A stretch of DNA of 53,803 nucleotides, filler included, from Sphacelaria rigidula (lineage: Eukaryota), in assembly GCA_964200075.2 (NCBI GenBank). It is 2 parts of 2 records of this genome, joined end to end, with 100 filler letters (N's around TTAATTAATTAA, not from the genome) between each part and the next. Parts side by side here need not be neighbours in the genome. Positions count along the whole stretch, not along the records: positions 26,963 to 53,803 come from CAXNAA020000130.1; 1 more part is not named here. One strand, written 5' to 3'. A program made the position numbers and the translations under genes. Every line of letters starts with the position of its first letter. Position 1 is the first letter of the stretch. Under the pieces are notes generated by a model. The model was not told the origin of the DNA, did no database searches, and saw only the letters and a list, made by a program, of their open reading frames with translations. Positions 47,048 to 53,803 of this stretch are shown in pieces.

Positions 47048-47343
47048 GTCAGTCCCTGTTCCCGAAGGTTCGTTTCAAGTGGACGCTATACCCCGATGAC
47101 ATTTACAATTTTGAAGTCCATAGGATGGATGCCATGGGTGGTGAATCAAATTCGCATAAGCTCGGCTTTGAACCACAGGGATGGACTCTGCAACCCGAGT
47201 GCTCTGAACTTGCCCATAGACCGCCTTCCTCACCTGTTACCTCCGTTCGACGAGACAATCCAAGCTCACAAGAGTCTACCGATGCTGAGGAGAGAAAGTG
47301 GATAACCCAATCGATCATACAATGTATGGATCGATTTTCGCAG

Positions 47344-47403
47344 GCTGGAGATAGCAAGGGACTCAAGGCCGCGGTTGTAGAAGGGAATGACGTATTCAAG
47401 AAG
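47344..47403 (+). CDS. CSN3: CSN3 exon (AGDSKGLKAAVVEGNDVFKK)
   Basis: tcgcag acceptor, gtatgt donor, 60 nt, phase 0/0. Fills the expected gap before the FxxDxNxGLVKQ motif. Confidence 0.85.
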
Positions 47404-47657
47404 GTATGTCCAGTTTTTCCGCACAATGTGTCAGGGCCTGTTATTTCGACCGCATAAAGGTATACTTCGCACCGAAAATTAGCTGTCTCCACGGTCATGA
47501 ACTCCACGTACCTTCATCTGTTCCATAGTGTGGTCAGTTGGCATTGCATGAACGGGTGTCGCAATCTTGCGTCCACACCCACATGCTTCGCTTTTTTTTG
47601 CGTCACGCGAGTCTCGGGTGCTGTAATTTTGTCGCCCACATACGTTTTCGGATGCAG

Positions 47658-47754
47658 GACGGCAACGTGGGCTTGGTGAAGCAGGTCGTGGAGGCCCTGA
47701 CAAGGCGCAAGATCATGCAGCTGACCCACACCTACATCACCCTGTCTTTAAAAG
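47658..47754 (+). CDS. CSN3: CSN3 exon, PCI domain (DGNVGLVKQVVEALTRRKIMQLTHTYITLSLK)
   Basis: tgcag acceptor, gtgaag donor, 97 nt, phase 0/1. Motif DxNxGLVKQ...IxxLTxTxxTLSL. Confidence 0.95.
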
Positions 47755-47855
47755 GTGAAGACTAGGAGGAATTATGCCCAAAGCGCATTTGTAGTTTCGC
47801 TCTTGTCAGGTCCCGTTGACTGTCGCCACGCTTTTTTGACACGTTGTTCCCCCAG

Positions 47856-48115
47856 ACATTGCTGACAAGGTTGGACTGGAGGATCCGCAGGGCAGTGAAA
47901 AATATATTTTGCAGATGGTGGAGTCGGGCGATATCCGCGCCAAGGTTGACTCCCCTGCTGGGACTGTGCACTTCCAGGAGGAAGACATGCATGTATCGTC
48001 TTCAGCCACGGTGGCATCTCGCTTGGAGGCAGATCTACAGACTACTGCTGATCTCACGGAACGAGTGCGCAAGCTCGAAGCCCGATTGATGATAAACGCC
48101 GTGTTTATCCAAAAG
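47856..48115 (+). CDS. CSN3: CSN3 exon, PCI winged helix and C-terminal helix (DIADKVGLEDPQGSEKYILQMVESGDIRAKVD...INAVFIQK)
   Basis: ccccag acceptor, gtatgt donor, 260 nt, phase 1/0. Motif EKYILQMxExGxIxAxxD...GxVxF. Confidence 0.95.
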
Positions 48116-49789
48116 GTATGTTTGTGGCGTGCTGGTTTCCCGCACAACTGACGGTAGGTACCATCGCCCGTAGCAAGTTTTTCCCTTGCTTTTGCTTGCG
48201 TACCGTCTTGTACGTCCGTATTGTGTGCAACCGGTGCAAGTTCGCCCCTTTGTTGTTCTAGCGGCAAACTTATCGCAAACGACATATGCTGGCGTCGAAT
48301 CCGTTTTTACAATGAGAACGCAGCCCAAATATCATGAGGTACCCTAGAGCTCGAATATACGAGGTCAAAGCCACCATACGCAGGTGTTTCGCTAGCGGCA
48401 AGACTATTGGTGCAGGTGATCCCACTCGTGAATGGAATACTTTCTCTCGCGATTTTGTGGGGTTGGTGTGAACGTTCAGGTATACATTCGTTGTACAGAT
48501 GGGGGTGACTGGTTTGTGAACTGTCAAAACTAGCGTTGTGAAATGGTTTGGTTGAGCAGTGAACTGGTTGTCGGACATGACTACCAGTTAAAGTTATCAG
48601 TTGAAACTGAATAACTGACAGCGAAGCCGCCCCGCTATGAAATTACGCCATTTAGTTTCACATCTCTTCAAAATCGCGGTAAATTCTGGCCGCCTAGCAC
48701 CAGCAATTCGAGCACGTAATTGGTGCGCACAAAATATATATGTGTGGGGAAAAAGGAAATATCACTAAACTTCGCGACGTGCCTTGAAAATAAGAAGCGG
48801 TGAGACAATAGTACAGCATACATAGCGCCCGGCGGGTACCACCGAAACTGGTAGCACGACAGCTTGGTATCGTCCAGGTGTGTGCGCGGTGTGGTCATGT
48901 GCTCCCCTTTGTAACAGTATCCCCACGGTCAATGTAGTACAATACATCAGAAATATTAATGGGAGTATGCCACGTATGTACACAAAGCGCTTTGGAGTAT
49001 GACACCTGTCGAGTGAAATAATTGGTTTAACCGGTTACAAAACCGATCAGTTAACCACTTGGAGTTAAAGTGGCAGCCAGTTTACAACACTTTCAAGAAC
49101 AGATGGAGCAGCAGTACAGGGTAATTAATACAGCACAGTGCACGTGAGACTGTTGATCGATCACTACGGCACATTATAAGCACTAAAGCTACCCGTGCAG
49201 AGGAGTCCTTGAGTCAATTGCCTCCCCCAAGAAGTCGGTCGTGAGTTTCCTGGATCTTACTGTACTCGTTTCTGTTTTTTCGTTTGTAAGTTGAAGATCG
49301 TCTTAGTGCACGATTCACCTCCTGTTACAACAGTATCATATCTTGGAAACTAATAGCTGCTTCCAATTCACCTTCGGATCACTCACACGCAACGCCTGGG
49401 GCCACGAGCTCTCGCTTTGCCCATCTACATGTGTCGTGGGGATGGAGATGCCCCTGGTGGCATGATCTCGTCGCCATCACTTGTGTTGCTGTGTTCTTTG
49501 TGTACTTTGCACGTGCCTTCGTCGGAGCCCCTTCTTTCTTGTCATTTGTGAGCTACCCAACTGTTGGGCAAGTAAACGCGGAACGCATGGTGCGAATCGC
49601 ACTTGTTTGTCCGACGATCACCGTTTGGCAGGAAGTACAGCACGTGGTCTGTGATACGCCCACGCTATTCATTCAAACAGGGTAGCTTTACATAACCCTG
49701 TTCACAAGTGATATTTTATACGACGAGCGTGGGTGAATGCATGTCTTATAATTGCAAGCCAGTGGTGAATTTTATAAAATCCATGTTTT

Positions 49790-49879
49790 TGTTGGGTATG
49801 TCCATCATGAGACCACGGCTGGATCATGACTACCTGGGGGGTCAGTTAAAGTGCGACAATCAAATCAAATCAAATCAAA
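49790..49879 (+). mobile_element. Short retroelement 3' end with a (CAAAT)n tail
   Basis: Homologous to 34504-34575. Confidence 0.6.
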
Positions 49880-50542
49880 CCGTGGCCACAAACAGTGCTT
49901 TCTAGACTGATATTTTACTTATTGCACGAACAAGCACTTTTCAAGAATATTGTGGCCGGAGAATACTTGTTCGAAACAACGATTGTTGTGGCACATGCGA
50001 GTGTCTTGCTAGCCGATAGTTCGATATTTCAAAGAGAGGAAATTGCCGATTCGGTCGGCACGGAATCACGTTCAGTCAGACGAAGTGCACATGATCAGCT
50101 GTGCAGCTGTGTTGGAAACAATCTTGCATGTCCATCTTCGAACCAGGTACAAGAACAAGCCTCGCGTGACCATCTTTGAACCGGCTCAAGAATGAAACAG
50201 GTGAAAAACACTAGCGTAACGCCCGTTACATGCGAAACCTTGGATTTTTTCGCATTCACAACACTAAAACCTCATGAACCCAAAATATATTGTAGGGCAC
50301 ATAAAGAAAAACGAAGAACATTGGTCGAGTCGGATTCAGGCGGAGACTGCATGGCAAAACAGCGGAGTGGGAAATGGCCGCCCCCAGGGGGTGTCATCTC
50401 CCATCTTTGCGTGTAACGTACGAATGGCGATGCGCTGGCTATATGTAGAGATATTGGAAATATTTTTGGCTCACAAAAAATGTGCGGAAAAATATGAAAT
50501 CAATTCCGCACCCGGAGATGAAATCCAGTGCATGTCATGAGA

Positions 50543-51156
50543 AAGAAATATCACGGAACTCACACGGGACGGGAATTCACGTCCTGTCCAGTCATTTTTT
50601 TGGCGATGGTAAAAATTCAAGTTGCCGCCTCGTCCCGTCCTAACGACAAAATTCCCGAAATATCTCACTGGAAATCCTGTCCGATTCGACGGGTCTTCCA
50701 GTCAACACAAGGGGAAGTTTGTCCACTCTGAGGGGAACCCGATTATGTTCTCTATGGGCTATGTGGGAACGTTTTTTTCGAAATGTTTGTTCACCCCGGT
50801 CCCTTGCACAGCCTATCCATGACTCACGTATCACATGAAAGGATGAACGGTCACAGTTATCGTAACCAGGGATTGTGGCGGGACTTCCAGACGGCACGGG
50901 ACGGGATGGGACCGTTTCCCTGACGCAATCATGAGTCGATTCAACTGCTGTTGTCGAGTGATGTGCCTCAGCACCGGTGATTGTTTTTTCGTGGACAAAA
51001 GTTACGGTCTCATTTAAGCTTATTTCGGCGGCGTCGCACACCTCTTCCCGTGAGGGCGGGACGAGACGGGGCAGGAATTCCCGTTGCATCCCGTCATTTT
51101 TTTGTCGGCGGGAAGTTGTTTCCGTCTCGTCCCGCCCCAGTCTCGTGGCAAGCGCT
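50543..51156. repeat. Degenerate MITE-like repeat rich in GGGAC/GTCCC motifs
   Basis: Recurrent acgggacggga / tcccgtcc motifs in both orientations; boundaries approximate. Confidence 0.5.
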
Positions 51157-51976
51157 AATGAACTTACTGCACCCCCTTTAAAAAGTCTCACGGGGGTGGC
51201 ATTAACACGTTTGCCCGTTGACACAAATGGCGATGTCCTCCAACACGCGAATGGTATCACTAGAGTGTGCAGAGTGCAACCCACCGTGTTGGCCGTGTTG
51301 CATGCAAATGACAATGCCTCTGGTGATGCGAGAGATCTTGATGGAACATGTACACCCTTGATTATCGACTGATAACCCCACCTCCCGAACATCCTCAGCC
51401 CGCGGGTGGTCTTATTCGACATACTAGCCTTTTGCGAGTGGACTACCATGAATCCCTGAAAACCCGAGAAAATGCATGGGTAAAACGTACGTACCAGTGT
51501 CCACCGGCGAGCGACCCGCTCACTCAACGGCGCTGTGCCCCAAAGGTTGAAGCGAGCGAAACGATTCTCCGGTGTCCCTTGCCGTCGTACTCTACAATGC
51601 ACTGCAGCGGTGGCAAATTATTGTTGTGCTGACTGCATTCAAAACAGTATTTTCGTGAGATTGAGAGTGGAGGATACGATTGAGAGTGAAGAGCGGTCAA
51701 TTAGTGAATAAGTCGCTTCAGTTCCGAAATGCCCCTCCCCGAGGCCCAATATGCTTTCCGTAATAGCTTGAGGCCCTTGATATCCCTGAGTAGGACATCG
51801 GCGTGTAGCTGTAAGCGCACGCCGGTTATCAGGGCAAAGAAAAGCACATGCGGAATGAAAAATTGGCCAAGTGACAGCGAATGATCAAAGCCACTCTAAA
51901 TCAGCGCTCTACTCTTAATCACACGAAAACGTTGTTTCATGTGTTTGTCGTGTCGCCACCTCGTTGTGCTTTCCAG

Positions 51977-52057
51977 ATGTCAGGCGATCACTCGATGCAA
52001 GGCCCTGGGTTGAGCGGCCCATCTGCATACTGGGACGACATCACCATGGGAGACTAG
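51977..52057 (+). CDS. CSN3: Probable CSN3 terminal exon (MSGDHSMQGPGLSGPSAYWDDITMGD*)
   Basis: Pyrimidine-rich acceptor gtgctttccag, phase 0 compatible with the previous donor, 27 codons ending in TAG. CSN3 proteins end in a short, poorly conserved tail after FxQK, so homology support is weak. Confidence 0.7.
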   Translation: MSGDHSMQGPGLSGPSAYWDDITMGD

Positions 52058-52183
52058 GAGCACGCGCTGATCTTCTTTCCTCCAAGTGTGGTCCATCACT
52101 TCCGAGGGGCGACAAGTTGTCGCGCATTTCCAAGCGTTAGCCACCCGAGGGAGGGATCAATCAATTTTCCCAATTAGGAGTGT

Positions 52184-52541
52184 CGCCCTCCCGAGTGGCT
52201 CAGTTGGTAACGTCGAAACCTTCTGACGGTTGGGTCGTGGGTTCAAATCTCGGAGCGATCTGGTATTTTTTCTCACACCATGCCCAACAGTGGAGAGCGA
52301 CTATGTTGTGGATACACAAAATTCGATGTGACGGTCGACGAGGGAAAGGGACTGCTGAACCTCTCTCGCGATAAAAAAAGGCAAGCACCGCAGAAGGGAG
52401 GTGGGGTATCAGAAACAAGGAAGAAAGGAAAAGCTACTGTGTTGACCTTCCTCTTGAGTGACCTCGGCTGGTATGCCCACATATACCGAAAGGTGTAGAC
52501 TGGCGTCCAGAATAGATTGGACGACAACACACAACACACAC
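52184..52541 (+). mobile_element. tRNA-derived SINE with TSD
   Basis: A box TGGCTCAGTTGG, B box GGTTCAAATC, CA-rich tail and AGGAGTGT direct repeats at 52176 and 52542. Confidence 0.92.
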
Positions 52542-52819
52542 AGGAGTGTTGTTACTATACACTGAACCAGATTTTTTTCATTGGTCGAGCAGAAAATCGT
52601 CGGGGTAGAAACGCGATCACCCCTGTTCGGGGGGAAATCAGGCGCCCGGTTAGAGCCGATCGGTATATACTCGGTTGATTTCGCAAAGCACGCTGAATTA
52701 TGAACACCCGATTGAAGTAAAGACTGCCGATTCTGTGATGCGAATATTTTCGCGAAATAGAATATAGCGTCCAGTTAAGAGTGAACTTTATCAAGAACAT
52801 GTTTTTGTGTTCCTATTAA

Positions 52820-53520
52820 CCCTTTTCGGACCGGCCTCCAGAAGGACCGATGGGGCTGGTTGGGAATGACGTGTCTGGCGTCTGCACAAAATAGTGGCGT
52901 GTTGTTGCTGAAAATCCGCGTATGCAACCGCAGGGTTATGACGACGGAAAGCTTCATCCAATCTGTTTTCAGGTGCAGGGTGCGCATTAGGTAATATTCA
53001 TCTGATGTAGCAAGCAGTATGGGTCGCGGTAGAGAGCTTCCAACAGCATGCGGCGACCGGCCCGCCACTTGTGGCCTTGGATATTGTCCCCATCACCTTG
53101 CCACACAGCCCTTTGTGGTCGGGGTGCGCCCCCATTTCCCTCTATGTTGCATGCGGAAAATTCTCTTCGAAGGGTCTCGGTGTTGTGGCGCCCATACATA
53201 CAGTATAGCATAGTACAACAGTGCAAGTACGCCTCTCCGACTGGAGCAGCAGCTGCCGCTGCACACTCCCTTGCACGTTCTGGGCAATTCTCCGCCACCG
53301 AGATCAACTGCCTATATACCGCTTCTTCATCCCCGCCCACTACATACATGTTAACTGCACACTACAAGCCATCGGCAGAGGGATACGCAGAATCCATGAC
53401 GGTAGCTCCTTTTGTCGTTCTACGGTCCACCTGGGTGTAATGCCTCGTGAAAATGACCACATGGTAGCATGTACACCCCTTCCCGTTTTTTCCCGGTCCA
53501 TCCTGTGTTCGTGTAAATTA
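52820..53520 (-). mobile_element. Second copy of the ~1-kb piggyBac-type element
   Basis: TTAA|CCCTTTTCGGACCG end; reverse complement of ~2710-3407. The other end was not identified in the window. Confidence 0.85.
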
Positions 53521-53803
53521 CTACTTCCTCTCGGCCATTAGAAAAGCTCACTCTCAGGTTTTGCGGTATAACTCCTGCCTATCTTCGACTTTGTCGAACG
53601 TTTTTTTTTGCTGCACTCGTAAAGTTTTGGAGATGAGCTCAAAAACGAGGTCTTTGCTGAGTCCCCAGAAGATACTCACTTACACTCACAGCAACCAGAG
53701 GGTATCGGTCGCGCAGAACGAAAATCTACCGGTCGACAGCCTTCCCATCAATTTTTGGAAAAACGGGTGTGCCAATGTTTTTACGGGGGCGTTTCGGAGA
53801 ATC

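Noticed and set aside
46831..47457. 208-aa ORF overlapping CSN3
   Set aside because: It is an off-frame reading of one CSN3 exon plus intron; only the 47344-47403 part is in the coding frame.
48532..49091. Possible additional hAT MITE (tagcgttgtgaaatgg / ccagtttacaacactt)
   Set aside because: The TIR and TSD are too degenerate to support boundaries.
50640..51602. 320-aa - strand ORF, the longest in the window
   Set aside because: It crosses a GGGAC-repeat MITE-like region in the last CSN3 intron and shows no domain-like character.

Overview
Eukaryotic, repeat-rich genomic DNA, most likely a stramenopile and probably a brown alga. That assignment is an inference from GT-AG introns, near-even GC, the divergent CSN3 protein and the style of the repeats. 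One host gene is clearly recognisable: COP9 signalosome subunit 3 (CSN3/COPS3) on the + strand. It has seven phase-compatible exons from 37845 to the stop at 52057 and two tentative 5' exons near 22.2 and 23.5 kb; the start exon was not found. A divergent two-exon RRM-domain ORF lies on the - strand (7779-6548). Most of the rest is a nested mosaic of non-autonomous transposons whose boundaries can be read from the sequence: a TA-targeting Tc1/mariner-type family (TIR CGAGCTGGGCCAGC), five hAT-type elements with 8-bp TSDs, piggyBac-type TTAA elements including a cluster of five ~100-bp minis, a CACAC-ended element, Harbinger-like elements, two tRNA-derived SINEs and two LINE-like 3' tails. Decayed, unidentified coding relics occupy about 8.5-17 kb and 26.4-26.8 kb. 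There are two assembly gaps, one holding an artificial TTAATTAATTAA linker. I found no intact transposase, rRNA, functional tRNA or CRISPR array, and no new system that can be established from sequence alone. Protein assignments come from remembered family motifs, not database searches.
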